Both the position numbers and the translations under genes were made by a program. From positions 13,041-77,040 of the forward strand of contig CAZWVL010000007.1 in NCBI GenBank assembly GCA_964637115.1: 64,000 nt of DNA. Direction: 5' to 3'. Under the pieces are notes generated by a model, which was not told the origin of the DNA, did no database searches, and was given only the letters and a program-made list of their open reading frames with translations. Within the stretch, counting starts at the first letter, position 1; each line of letters opens with the position of its first letter. This document shows positions 1 to 8,580 of the stretch, piece by piece. This DNA comes from an uncultured Methanosarcinales archaeon (GTDB taxonomy: Archaea > Nanobdellota > Nanobdellia > Woesearchaeales > ARS49).

Positions 1-115
1 TGAAAGGAATGACCTGAACAGAAGAACGCAAGTAAGCACGCTCAAAAACAAACTGGCCTATCGGCTCTTCTTTCATAGTAATGTACTTGCCAGTGTAAAC
101 GGTTTTCTCCCCCAT
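1..115 (-). CDS. Partial CDS (first 38 codons; continues past the left window edge), possibly Nudix/ADP-ribose pyrophosphatase-like
   Basis: Open frame MGEKTVYTGKYITMKEEPIGQFVFERAYLRSSVQVIPF runs off the edge. ATG at 115 is 23 nt from TATA 138-145. Family guess is weak, based only on N-terminal resemblance. Confidence 0.4.
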   Translation of the reverse strand, partial: MGEKTVYTGKYITMKEEPIGQFVFERAYLRSSVQVIPF

Positions 116-137
116 AAAAGAAAGCTAAGAGCTACAG

Positions 138-145
138 TATAAAAA
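138..145 (-). promoter_or_regulatory. TATA box (tataaaaa) 23 nt upstream of leaderless ATG at 115
   Basis: A/T octamer at the fixed 23-nt distance seen for at least 18 genes in this window. Confidence 0.6.
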
Positions 146-146
146 G

Positions 147-2258
147 TTACCCGCCAAACAAACTCGCAAGCCACGCAAAGAAGCGCGCGAAGATATTGGT
201 CGTAACGGGCTTTTCAACAACGGGCGGCAAGGGAGAACAACCGCAATTAATGCACTTGTAGCCAGGACCACAATCAATATCTGCCTCGCACTGCTCGCCA
301 CGCTCCAACAAATTATTGCCACAAACTGAAGGAGGAATCGGCTTGCACTTGCATCCATCACAGAAGAATCCAGCCATACAGTCAGCGGTTGCCTCGCAAT
401 CCTCACCTTGTTCTAGAAGCTTATTGCCGCACTGAGTTAATGGCGTAAACGTGCAACTCATACAGTCAGCAGCACAAGTTCCAGTTCTTCTAAACTGATC
501 AGCACAAGGACTGCCAGGAGGATCACAAAACTCAGGTTTAGTGATTAAAGCGTCGCCGCATTTAGGCGGAGCAGCGGGAACTTCAGGCTGTTTCTTCAAC
601 TTAGGATTAAAAGTAATGTAGACATTGCCCAAAGCACCGCCCCTTGATGCAGAAGCGTATGAACCTGGAACTGTCAATCTAAGATCATCATTGTCAGAAT
701 CGTGGTCCCACGTGAACAAGATACCCCACTTGGTGAGGCCCTGCTTGATGCCGGATCCAGGACTCTCCAGTTTGAACGTGTAGCCAGGAACAGTAACTTG
801 AGGCGACGGAACGTTCAGACCTGCGTATCCTGCAAAAGTCAACATTATGTCAGTAGTTTCATCGCCCATAGGCTCGTCAAACAATCTTGAAGGAGTAATC
901 ACCCTGACAGTAAATCCAGGACCAAAGTCAACTTTACTGCCTCCAGGCAAAATAAATTTCGCTTCATTGCCGCTGATAGCGCCGTTATTCGTCTGGTCCA
1001 TCGCCAAAGCATTTCCAGCGCCTACAACAAACTTATACGTGCCCTCGCCGACCAATAACTGGCCTTCCATTGTACCAGCATCAAATGTAGCGTCCTTTGT
1101 CGAGCCGGCAAGATCTTTGAAAACAATTCTGTTGTTAGTTGTATCAATGCTGTCATACTGCAAAACATTAGAAACACCATTCACGTCATCCTTGCTCATC
1201 ACGAGGAAATAATCCTGTAAATTGATGTTAGGCGCGCCAGGCGCAGCAGCTTCCACAAACACAAAATTCCTGCCCTTGTTGCCGTACATACCCGGCATTT
1301 GCGCCAACGGGATTTTATACAGTTGTCCTCTCGAATTTGCAGAGTTCATCTGCAATTCATCACCGCCTGATGTGTGCAATCGCACTTCATTGCCAGAAAT
1401 GCCGCCTGAAGGAATACCTGAAGCGGGCGCAGTGAGACCTTTATAACAAATGTCAAAGTTCGGTACAAGCATCGCAGTCGGATTCTGCAAGTACTGCCTT
1501 ACGCAATGCAAAGGAATAAGCTGCACGTCACCGCCCTGCACTGAGTCTGCCAGAGGAATGTATTGGATTGAGTAAATTGTCGGCTTGCCGCCGGACATAG
1601 TCGCCTTGATTTTAACCAAGGATTGAATGCTCTTTCCGTTAATCTTCGCGCCATTTGACTGATAATTATCATCAACAGCATTGCCGTCCATTAAGTCAAT
1701 GCTGCCAAAACCGCCAAACATTCTGAGTTCTACCCTGTTTGTTCCAGTGTTGTATTCAGCATCAACAATCGAAAAAGTTTCCCCCAATAATTTGACGTCT
1801 TCGTCAATGATGTCAGTCATCTTGCTGCCATCCAAAGAACTTCTCAAGCCGGCACCAAAATCAACCTGATACTTGAACATTCCATCACCAGAATCAAACT
1901 GGAGGAAATCACTCACCCTGTTCTGTTCATCACGGCCAAAGAGAACGTGGCCGCCAGCAAAGGTTCCAGGCTCAGAAAATCTCAATGACTGTGTGTAATC
2001 TGTTGAAACGTCTTTTGCGTAAACGTTACCGCTTCTCAATGCAGAAAGCTGAGATTCACTCAAAGCAGTAATCTCATTAGAAATGTACTCGCCAACCTCT
2101 AAATCGATAATGACTGTATCTTCAACAGGAATAGAAGGACCAGGAACATACGAGATTGCAAACGGAACAGTCTCTGGATACAAAGAGACAGAAAGCATCA
2201 TTATAGTGATGCCGAGAATGGCAATAATTGCAAGAATGCTTACTGGAACGTGCTTCAC
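147..2258 (-). CDS. Large secreted/surface protein with C-terminal tandem cysteine-rich repeats and a C-terminal hydrophobic anchor (S-layer/adhesin-like)
   Basis: 703-aa ORF. N-terminal hydrophobic segment VSILAIIAILGITIMMLSV. C-terminal repeats CGNKLLEQGEDCEATADC.. and CGNNLLERGEQCEADIDC.., then IFARFFAWLASLFGG. GTG start preceded by AAGGTGAT (Shine-Dalgarno). Confidence 0.8.
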   Translation of the reverse strand: MKHVPVSILAIIAILGITIMMLSVSLYPETVPFAISYVPGPSIPVEDTVIIDLEVGEYISNEITALSESQLSALRSGNVYAKDVSTDYTQSLRFSEPGTFAGGHVLFGRDEQNRVSDFLQFDSGDGMFKYQVDFGAGLRSSLDGSKMTDIIDEDVKLLGETFSIVDAEYNTGTNRVELRMFGGFGSIDLMDGNAVDDNYQSNGAKINGKSIQSLVKIKATMSGGKPTIYSIQYIPLADSVQGGDVQLIPLHCVRQYLQNPTAMLVPNFDICYKGLTAPASGIPSGGISGNEVRLHTSGGDELQMNSANSRGQLYKIPLAQMPGMYGNKGRNFVFVEAAAPGAPNINLQDYFLVMSKDDVNGVSNVLQYDSIDTTNNRIVFKDLAGSTKDATFDAGTMEGQLLVGEGTYKFVVGAGNALAMDQTNNGAISGNEAKFILPGGSKVDFGPGFTVRVITPSRLFDEPMGDETTDIMLTFAGYAGLNVPSPQVTVPGYTFKLESPGSGIKQGLTKWGILFTWDHDSDNDDLRLTVPGSYASASRGGALGNVYITFNPKLKKQPEVPAAPPKCGDALITKPEFCDPPGSPCADQFRRTGTCAADCMSCTFTPLTQCGNKLLEQGEDCEATADCMAGFFCDGCKCKPIPPSVCGNNLLERGEQCEADIDCGPGYKCINCGCSPLPPVVEKPVTTNIFARFFAWLASLFGG

Positions 2259-2356
2259 TCACATCACCTTTTGTCAGTGTGGAAATATGTATACTATTTA
2301 AATGCATCGATGGAGAAGGCAGGGGAATTCTTATGATTAAGAAGACTTGCTCAGTA

Positions 2357-2677
2357 TTAGCGTACCCAATCTTCTAAAGGAAGGCGTATACTGGTTAATT
2401 TCTGTTCAAGGGCGGAATATAAACTCTGTGCAAATGCTAATTCTGGTTCTGAAAGCCCACTTTCATCAACTACGAGATGCTCATCTTCGCCTCGTCTCAA
2501 CCACATTCCTACAATTCTCCGATTCGGATTATATTTCAATGTCACAGTGATGTCTTTCACTCTTGGTCTCCACGTATCATTGAAACTTCCTCTTACCTGC
2601 TCGAGAAGCGTGCGTTCTTCCTCTTTCAGAAACAGATACTCATCAGGACGAACACTCAGTAAATAACGACAGGTCAT
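2357..2677 (-). CDS. Hypothetical protein (106 aa; the ORF could extend to a TTG at 2773)
   Basis: ATG at 2677 lies 22-23 nt from the TATA-like catataaat at 2699-2707. No recognisable domain. Confidence 0.45.
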   Translation of the reverse strand: MTCRYLLSVRPDEYLFLKEEERTLLEQVRGSFNDTWRPRVKDITVTLKYNPNRRIVGMWLRRGEDEHLVVDESGLSEPELAFAQSLYSALEQKLTSIRLPLEDWVR

Positions 2678-2871
2678 AGGTTTTTTCAGTTGTGAGCACA
2701 TATAAATCTTTTGATTTAGAAAATCCTCACCTTTCCATCCACTTAACAAATATTTCTTAGAATAGCGCTTCAAATAGTAAAAAATAAGCCCAGGATTACG
2801 GGTTAATTACCCTTCGTAATCTTCCCAGTCTTCGTCCTTGAATTTCTTTTCTTCCTCTTCTTCAGGCATCT

Positions 2872-3012
2872 TTATTTCATACTCCCGGCTTTGCGAATCC
2901 ATTCTCTTGCAATCTGCTTTGCAAGCTCCTTGTCCTTGATATGAGTCTTATCAAGGATATTACTGCGTATAACATCAATCATCTTCACTCTCTTTTGCGG
3001 TGTAATAACCAA
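2872..3012 (-). CDS. Small ORF, 46 aa, basic/helical, unknown function
   Basis: TTG start 4 nt after GGGGGTGAT (SD). TATA tatttaaa at 3055-3062. Sequence VITPQKRVKMIDVIRSNILDKTHIKDKELAKQIAREWIRKAGSMK. Followed 2 nt later by a 20-codon acidic ORF (2807-2869). Confidence 0.3.
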   Translation of the reverse strand: MVITPQKRVKMIDVIRSNILDKTHIKDKELAKQIAREWIRKAGSMK

Positions 3013-3074
3013 TCTAATCACCCCCTCGTGATGAGCTTTTTTATGTCGAATAAGTATTTAAATCTTATGCACGA

Positions 3075-3452
3075 CTAACATTTGCTGGTGCACGAATTAA
3101 ACAGGATATCGCATTTAGAAACGTACGAATTGAAACAGATTTCCCTGCTCTTTGAGTATTGCAGACGGCAGTAAGCATCATCGCCTAAATTCAGGCACAA
3201 TTTCAAATCACGCCTGGCATAATTAGTGCACGTGTCAAACGGAGCCTTGTTTCTATATCTGCATTTATTGAGCTCTATAGTGCACCCGTTCATACACATC
3301 TTATTACGAGTAACGGGCACGACTGTCGACGTTGCAGAAGGCTGCACGACTTCTGCAGGTGATTCAACGACTGGCAAGTCAACAGCTTGGCCAGGCTGTT
3401 TTACAGCGCACGCTGCAAGCAATAAGAGAATTATGACTAGACCTCTTTTCAT
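3075..3452 (-). CDS. Cysteine-rich secreted lipoprotein, unknown function
   Basis: MKRGLVIILLLLAACAV lipobox-like signal; 11 Cys in the C-terminal 75 aa. ATG at 3452 is exactly 23 nt from TATA 3475-3482. Confidence 0.7.
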   Translation of the reverse strand: MKRGLVIILLLLAACAVKQPGQAVDLPVVESPAEVVQPSATSTVVPVTRNKMCMNGCTIELNKCRYRNKAPFDTCTNYARRDLKLCLNLGDDAYCRLQYSKSREICFNSYVSKCDILFNSCTSKC

Positions 3453-3474
3453 TAGAAGCACGAATAGAACACAA

Positions 3475-3482
3475 TATAAAAA
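3475..3482 (-). promoter_or_regulatory. TATA box (tataaaaa) 23 nt upstream of leaderless ATG at 3452
   Basis: Fixed-spacing rule. Confidence 0.6.
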
Positions 3483-3508
3483 TGTTAATAAAAAAAAGAA
3501 AACAGGAA

Positions 3509-3658
3509 TTACTTAGCTTTTCCGAGAATACGGAAGACTTTTGTGCCACAAGCACCACAAAGGCCCTTCATAGCACGCATACCATTCTTCATGGTGACTT
3601 CTTTTGCGTCCTTAATGGGTACTTGCTTCTTGCACTTCATGCATCTGCCTTCAACCAT
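3509..3658 (-). CDS. Small zinc-ribbon protein (DUF5679-like), 49 aa
   Basis: MVEGRCMKCKKQVPIKDAKEVTMKNGMRAMKGLCGACGTKVFRILGKAK has CxxC..CxxC. GGAGGGG SD 8 nt upstream. Below the ORF-track length cutoff. Confidence 0.65.
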   Translation of the reverse strand: MVEGRCMKCKKQVPIKDAKEVTMKNGMRAMKGLCGACGTKVFRILGKAK

Positions 3659-3742
3659 CAAAATCCCCTCCTTAGAGTGTTATAAAGCCACATAAATAGA
3701 TGTTCCAATATAAACCTTTGGTTTTCTACTAGAAATCGCTGT

Positions 3743-4339
3743 TCAGAGGTCTACAAATATGCGGTGTTTCTCTTCACCACCCAATTCGGCCAATATACGC
3801 TTCATAACGGCTTTTTCAGGGTCTGGCATGAGTTTCACACGGTCTTTAATGTCTTTGAAACTGTCAAACGGCTTTTCATCACGTTTTTCAATGATTTCCC
3901 ACATATGCTTCTTGCCCAAGCCAGGAAGGAGCTCTAATTGGTGCATACGGGTTGTTAAAGGCTGCGATTTGTTAAAAAAGTCAACAAAACGCTTCTCGTT
4001 ATTGTGAATTATGTCCTTTAGCACCATTTCCAGCTCACTTTTGGCAGTAGCAGATAGTCTTTCCATAGGCAACTTGCCAATAATGTGATGAATCTGGTCT
4101 CGCTTGCCTTCTCCTATATAGACTTCCTGCAAAGGCTGCAGGAAGACATCTTTCTTAGGAACAAGCTCCAACAAGACAAAGTGCTCTTTACCGATAGCCT
4201 GAACTATGGGAGTTTTCTTATGAGAAGGCCTTGTGTCAAACGGATAACCGTGCGGCAGGAAGTCTAACACGACTGCTTGTTCCTCCCGAACGTGATGCTC
4301 TCTGTGCTCGGGTGACTGTTCTTGATGTGTTTCTTCCAT
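3743..4339 (-). CDS. DUF655-family putative RNA/nucleotide-binding protein (OB fold plus helix-hairpin-helix)
   Basis: LDFLPHGYP.., LTTRMHQLELLPGLGKKHMWEIIEKR.. are typical of archaeal DUF655, a family commonly linked to rpoF and rpl21e. Confidence 0.8.
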   Translation of the reverse strand: MEETHQEQSPEHREHHVREEQAVVLDFLPHGYPFDTRPSHKKTPIVQAIGKEHFVLLELVPKKDVFLQPLQEVYIGEGKRDQIHHIIGKLPMERLSATAKSELEMVLKDIIHNNEKRFVDFFNKSQPLTTRMHQLELLPGLGKKHMWEIIEKRDEKPFDSFKDIKDRVKLMPDPEKAVMKRILAELGGEEKHRIFVDL

Positions 4340-4411
4340 ATCCGTTTTTGCTATCTTCTAACATTTGAATTATGAGAAAAGCAATAGCAGAGGTGTATAA
4401 ATAAGTTGTGA

Positions 4412-5509
4412 TTAACTGTCGAGACCCGGAGCTCTAACAACTCTATAAACTTCTCTTTTAAGAATGTCAAAATGATCAAAGGGATATGTTGCCTGAAGCT
4501 TCTTGAGTTTATCAAAGTCAACTTTAACTTCCGACGCTTCTGTCGGCAAGCCAAAAAGCTTTGAAGCATTTTCCCAGACTGCTGCCCGTATGTTCTCTGG
4601 AGACATGCCCCTGTTTTCAAGATACTGAATTACAGACGGCCACGCAGTGCCACAGGCTATACCAGAAGCAGGCTTGTCGCCTTTCTTATCATCAGCAGTA
4701 TGAGGGGCATGGTCGCTTTCAATAAGCGGAATACGTCCATGCAGTAAACGATTTTCCAACTGCTCACGCGTGCCTTCAGAACGCAACGGAGGATTGCACT
4801 TATACCACGCGCCAGCAGGACAATTAAGAGCTGCATCGCTATAAATAAAATGATGCGGCGTAATGCCGCAGCTCAACTTCAAAGTTCCTTGATAATTGTT
4901 GATAAAGTCAACCACATATGCAGTGCTCACGTGGCAAACGTGAAGCGTGCCCTTGAATTTAGCCGCTTCAGCCAGTTCAATCAAGTCTTTGAACGATTCA
5001 ATTTCAGCTTCTTCCGGACGACAGATGGTGCTCCACGTCTGCGGATCTTTCGGATTATATTTTTGGTCATCCATTAAAGCTTCTTTTTCGCAATGACTCA
5101 TCAGCACTTTATCATAGCCTTCTTTTGCAAGCGTCTCAATGACAGAACGCTGCTGGTCTTTGTGAATAACACTCAAATCGCCGACTGATTTGCCCATATA
5201 CCATTTCATGGCACGAATTCTATGGCTTTTATTTGTTGCTTCTACAGCACGCTTCACTTGCACAAGATCAGGAGTCAGGCCAATATTAACAAAAGTTTCC
5301 ACTTGTGTGTTTGAAGAATCAGAAATTTTCAGATATTCCAAACAGCCATCAAGCGTTGTCAAAGGCGGATCAGTATTTGGCATATATGCAAGACGGCGGA
5401 TTCCAACTGCTTCTGCCACTTGCATTGAACGTTGCAATGTTTCCTTGTGCGATTGCTTCAAATCGCGCCCGTGCCAGTGCAAATCAAAAATCGGATAAGA
5501 CATGCGCAT
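4412..5509 (-). CDS. pyrC: Dihydroorotase-like cyclic amidohydrolase
   Basis: Metal-ligand motifs DLHWHGRD, HVCHVST, ESDHAPH. 365 aa. Confidence 0.7.
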   Translation of the reverse strand: MRMSYPIFDLHWHGRDLKQSHKETLQRSMQVAEAVGIRRLAYMPNTDPPLTTLDGCLEYLKISDSSNTQVETFVNIGLTPDLVQVKRAVEATNKSHRIRAMKWYMGKSVGDLSVIHKDQQRSVIETLAKEGYDKVLMSHCEKEALMDDQKYNPKDPQTWSTICRPEEAEIESFKDLIELAEAAKFKGTLHVCHVSTAYVVDFINNYQGTLKLSCGITPHHFIYSDAALNCPAGAWYKCNPPLRSEGTREQLENRLLHGRIPLIESDHAPHTADDKKGDKPASGIACGTAWPSVIQYLENRGMSPENIRAAVWENASKLFGLPTEASEVKVDFDKLKKLQATYPFDHFDILKREVYRVVRAPGLDS

Positions 5510-5548
5510 CAGACTTACTGAATTACTTAAAAGAATTTAGCTAAATAA

Positions 5549-5890
5549 TTATACATATTCAGCAACAGTATCTGCAATCTTCTTGCAGGCTTCGGCTGTA
5601 ACGGTCACGTTATAACCCTGAAGAATTGTCTTGACATCCTTCTGATTGGAAGGCATCAAGTCAACAATCTTGTGGAAATGCATTTCACGCAATCTTGGAA
5701 CGTCAAGCTTCATCAACTTGTCAAAAAGTTCCTTGCCCTTCTTGGCATCCATAACATTCATGCTTTCCAAATAATCAACAGTCTTCTGCGCCCTGAAGCC
5801 AAGCTCTTTGTCCCTGTCTTTGATACGCTTCATTTCAGCAAATAACTCAGTTGAGTTAATTGGAGTTGTGTTCAAGATTTTTTGTGCCAT
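5549..5890 (-). CDS. rpoF: DNA-directed RNA polymerase subunit F (Rpo4)
   Basis: 113 aa, Rpb4/RpoF-like helical pattern (..FRAQKTVDYLES..KELFDKLMKL..HKIVDLMP..). Starts immediately after rpl21e. Confidence 0.8.
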   Translation of the reverse strand: MAQKILNTTPINSTELFAEMKRIKDRDKELGFRAQKTVDYLESMNVMDAKKGKELFDKLMKLDVPRLREMHFHKIVDLMPSNQKDVKTILQGYNVTVTAEACKKIADTVAEYV

Positions 5891-5891
5891 T

Positions 5892-6182
5892 TTAAAGTTT
5901 CTTCATGTGCACCGGGTGCACTATAATCATCTTTGTCTTACCGCCATCCTGGATTTCAAGCTCGTAGCAGTCGCCGCGACTACCAACAATAAAGCCAGAC
6001 TTGCCGTGGAAGCGCTGATGGTAGAGGTTCTTCTGCAATGCAGGCTCGGCTGACAAACAAGCTCTGTCACCTACCTTGTACGGCATAAAGAACTTTGTCA
6101 ACGAGATCTTGCCCTTAGAACGGGGGTGTTTTCGGAAAAGTCTTCTAGTGCCCGCCCGCGAACCACCTTTGCGCTTCGACAT
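5892..6182 (-). CDS. rpl21e: 50S ribosomal protein L21e
   Basis: MSKRKGGSRAGTRRLFRKHPRSKGKISL..YKVGD..HQRFHGKSG. ATG at 6182 is 23 nt from TATA 6205-6212. The 183-aa track ORF over-extends upstream. Confidence 0.9.
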   Translation of the reverse strand: MSKRKGGSRAGTRRLFRKHPRSKGKISLTKFFMPYKVGDRACLSAEPALQKNLYHQRFHGKSGFIVGSRGDCYELEIQDGGKTKMIIVHPVHMKKL

Positions 6183-6204
6183 GACTAAAGGGGATAGTGA
6201 AGGG

Positions 6205-6212
6205 TTTATAAA
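6205..6212 (-). promoter_or_regulatory. TATA box (tttataaa within gggtttataaaggtt) 23 nt upstream of leaderless rpl21e ATG
   Basis: Fixed spacing. The same extended motif recurs at 19713, 32775 and 51095. Confidence 0.7.
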
Positions 6213-6313
6213 GGTTACTGTGTATTCTCCACTAGCAAAAGCTTTAAATATCAGCTGAACTCTTAGCCATTCAAGAGTAAAAACAAAATAGGTGCGATGA
6301 GGTGTTGTGACAA

Positions 6314-6715
6314 ATGGGCTTTTTTTCGAAAATGAAAGATAAGTTATCCGGCCCGAAATACGAGGAGCTGGAACAAGAAACAGGATATGTTGAACTCGAG
6401 AATGATGGGGAAATTTCAAAATCAAAAGTTCTCGTAAGACCATTCATGCTGGAAGACTTTGATGATGTCAAGCCAGTGCTGGATTCTTTACGCGAAGGTT
6501 ACACGATTGCTTTAGTAAACATCCGACCGTTGAAAGACAAGGACTTGGTTGAATTGAAAAGAGCAATCAACAAGCTCAAGAAAACAACTGACGCCATTGA
6601 AGGCGAGATTGCAGGATTTGGAGACGACTTCCTCGTAATCACGCCATCATTTGCTTCAATTTACAGAAGCAAACAAATGAAAGCAGTTGAGCACGGCGCA
6701 GAAGAAGTGCAATAA
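6314..6715 (+). CDS. sepF: Cell division protein SepF (DUF552)
   Basis: ..VLVRPFMLEDFDDVKPVLDSLREGYTIALVNIRPL..LKRAINKLKKTTDAIEGEIAGFGDDFLVITP is the typical SepF core. Confidence 0.8.
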   Translation: MGFFSKMKDKLSGPKYEELEQETGYVELENDGEISKSKVLVRPFMLEDFDDVKPVLDSLREGYTIALVNIRPLKDKDLVELKRAINKLKKTTDAIEGEIAGFGDDFLVITPSFASIYRSKQMKAVEHGAEEVQ

Positions 6716-6721
6716 TAAATT

Positions 6722-7384
6722 TTATTTTCTTTCTTTTCTAGTTTCGATATGCAAATCTATACGATACTTCCACAAATCAACTTCCTCCTGAGTGCGCAAA
6801 GGCCTTTCCTGTTCCAACTGTTTCCTGAAAATTTCAGTTTCGGGACCCAATTCACCATCAACCTGGCAGATATAACTATCAACGTGACCTGCAAGATCTG
6901 TCGGTGGATACTGCACAAGTATTCCACCCCATTTATCATTCCAATCACGAAAGCCAGACATAACTGATTTTCCGTCGCCCAGTGCATACTGGAAATAAGG
7001 CATTACAAACTGCTCGCCCTTGCGAATAACACCCGGCTCATACTCCATAACGTCGCCATTGATTTCAAACTTCCAATTAGGACGAGTATAGGAGGCGATG
7101 CATTCCAAAGGCCCAGTCAGGCCATTTGCTTTTGGATCGTTCCAGATATTCACAATCCTTCCTTTTTCAGTATCATCAACTCTCATCGTAAAACCTAAAT
7201 TTGCATATTCATAACCAGCAGCAAGCGCTATTGTCTTGTCAGGCACTTGACTCAAGTCCACCATATCCAAGTTTTCCAATTTACTCATATCAATCAAAGG
7301 AGCGGTATATTCACTATTCGGAATCATTGATGCGCGCAAATGCGACATTAGCTGAAGAAAATCATGGAATCTTGCTTTGGGCAT
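6722..7384 (-). CDS. Hypothetical protein, 220 aa
   Basis: Long ORF tightly following nfi. No motif recognised. Confidence 0.65.
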   Translation of the reverse strand: MPKARFHDFLQLMSHLRASMIPNSEYTAPLIDMSKLENLDMVDLSQVPDKTIALAAGYEYANLGFTMRVDDTEKGRIVNIWNDPKANGLTGPLECIASYTRPNWKFEINGDVMEYEPGVIRKGEQFVMPYFQYALGDGKSVMSGFRDWNDKWGGILVQYPPTDLAGHVDSYICQVDGELGPETEIFRKQLEQERPLRTQEEVDLWKYRIDLHIETRKERK

Positions 7385-7386
7385 TT

Positions 7387-8115
7387 TCAGTCCTCGATGC
7401 GGGTTTCGTTTGCAACCAGTTCTTTTTCTTTCACCGGATCATCCTTGTGCTTCTCAGCCATTTTGTCAGCGAACCTGTGAGCCTGGTGCAAAGGCTCAGG
7501 CATTTTGTGCGGAGGAACAACGCATCTCTTTACAATCTCAGCGGCTGTTTCAATGCTGATAAGATTTCCTGGAGAGACGAACAAAGGATTCGCGTGTTCC
7601 TTTGTTTTTACGGTTTTGCCGACAAGTTCACCTTCATAAAATATCTGAGAGTCCTTTTCTTCGCCGACCAAAAGACTTTTTGCGACACCAATGGTTGGCT
7701 TGCCCAATTCAACACCGACAAAAGTCGCAAGACCGGCATTTAATGGATGAGCCATGCCGTGGCCGTCAACCATAATAACATCAGGATCGCATTCCAAATC
7801 AAAATAAGTCTGGCAGATAGGAGGGCCTTCCCTGAAAGCCAAAAAGCCGGGAACATAATTCATCGGAGTTTTTGTAACCAAAAATTTTCTTTCAACAACT
7901 TCAAAAGTCTTAAAGTTTAATACAACAACAGAACAAACACATTTATTGCCAAAATATGAAACGTCAAAACCGGCAATGTGCTTGATTTCGTCAATCTTAA
8001 CGCCGTCTTCTGTTCTCAGCTGTCTTGCAAACTGCTCCTGCTGATCCTTCAATTGTCCGAAACTAATGTGTGATTTCATTTTCAGGAATTGCCGCAATGT
8101 ATGCCAACTTTCCAT
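7387..8115 (-). CDS. nfi: Endonuclease V (alternative start ATG at 8079)
   Basis: GFDVSY, YVPGFLAFREGP, DGHGMAHPLNAGLATFVG, PTIGVAKSLL motifs. Confidence 0.85.
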   Translation of the reverse strand: MESWHTLRQFLKMKSHISFGQLKDQQEQFARQLRTEDGVKIDEIKHIAGFDVSYFGNKCVCSVVVLNFKTFEVVERKFLVTKTPMNYVPGFLAFREGPPICQTYFDLECDPDVIMVDGHGMAHPLNAGLATFVGVELGKPTIGVAKSLLVGEEKDSQIFYEGELVGKTVKTKEHANPLFVSPGNLISIETAAEIVKRCVVPPHKMPEPLHQAHRFADKMAEKHKDDPVKEKELVANETRIED

Positions 8116-8383
8116 ACCTGCCTTTGAACTGGATGCTCATTTTATCAGATTTCAGATAGTCAGCCATGCGGTTTAATCTGGACTCATCAGCCGAAAGAAA
8201 ACAATGCCAGTTTTCGTGCTTGAAAACAACAAGTTCGTCAATCATTCCTTCCAAAATGACATCGTCAGCTTTGACTATAATTTTTCCATCCAGGCATTTT
8301 TCTTCACTGTGTTGAAACTTGTAGACAGTAATCGCATTTGCAATCAACTGCTGCGCATTCAATATTTCAGTGTCAGTTATCAT
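8063..8383 (-). CDS. Hypothetical protein (about 106 aa)
   Basis: ORF upstream of and overlapping nfi. TATA tatataaa at 8428-8435. ATG at 8383 or GTG at 8395. Confidence 0.5.
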   Translation of the reverse strand: MITDTEILNAQQLIANAITVYKFQHSEEKCLDGKIIVKADDVILEGMIDELVVFKHENWHCFLSADESRLNRMADYLKSDKMSIQFKGRYGKLAYIAAIPENEITH

Positions 8384-8580
8384 ATCTGGACACACCCCAT
8401 TTCTTTAAGATTGGAAGACCGTTTTCATATATAAAGGTTTCGTTTGTTAGTTACTGGTGAGTGATGACATTATACGGTCGCTTTTGACACAAATGTGCCA
8501 GTATACAAAAAGGCACACTGATTTGTGTCGCCAGATATATATTTTCCAGTTGCCTACACAACATGCTTTAGTGAAGACCA

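Noticed and set aside
5892-6443. 183-aa version of the L21e ORF
   Set aside because: Only the last 96 codons match L21e. The upstream 87 codons contain the gene's own TATA box (6205-6212) and overlap sepF on the other strand.
7201-7743. 180-aa plus-strand ORF
   Set aside because: It is antisense to nfi and to the 220-aa gene and crosses their junction.
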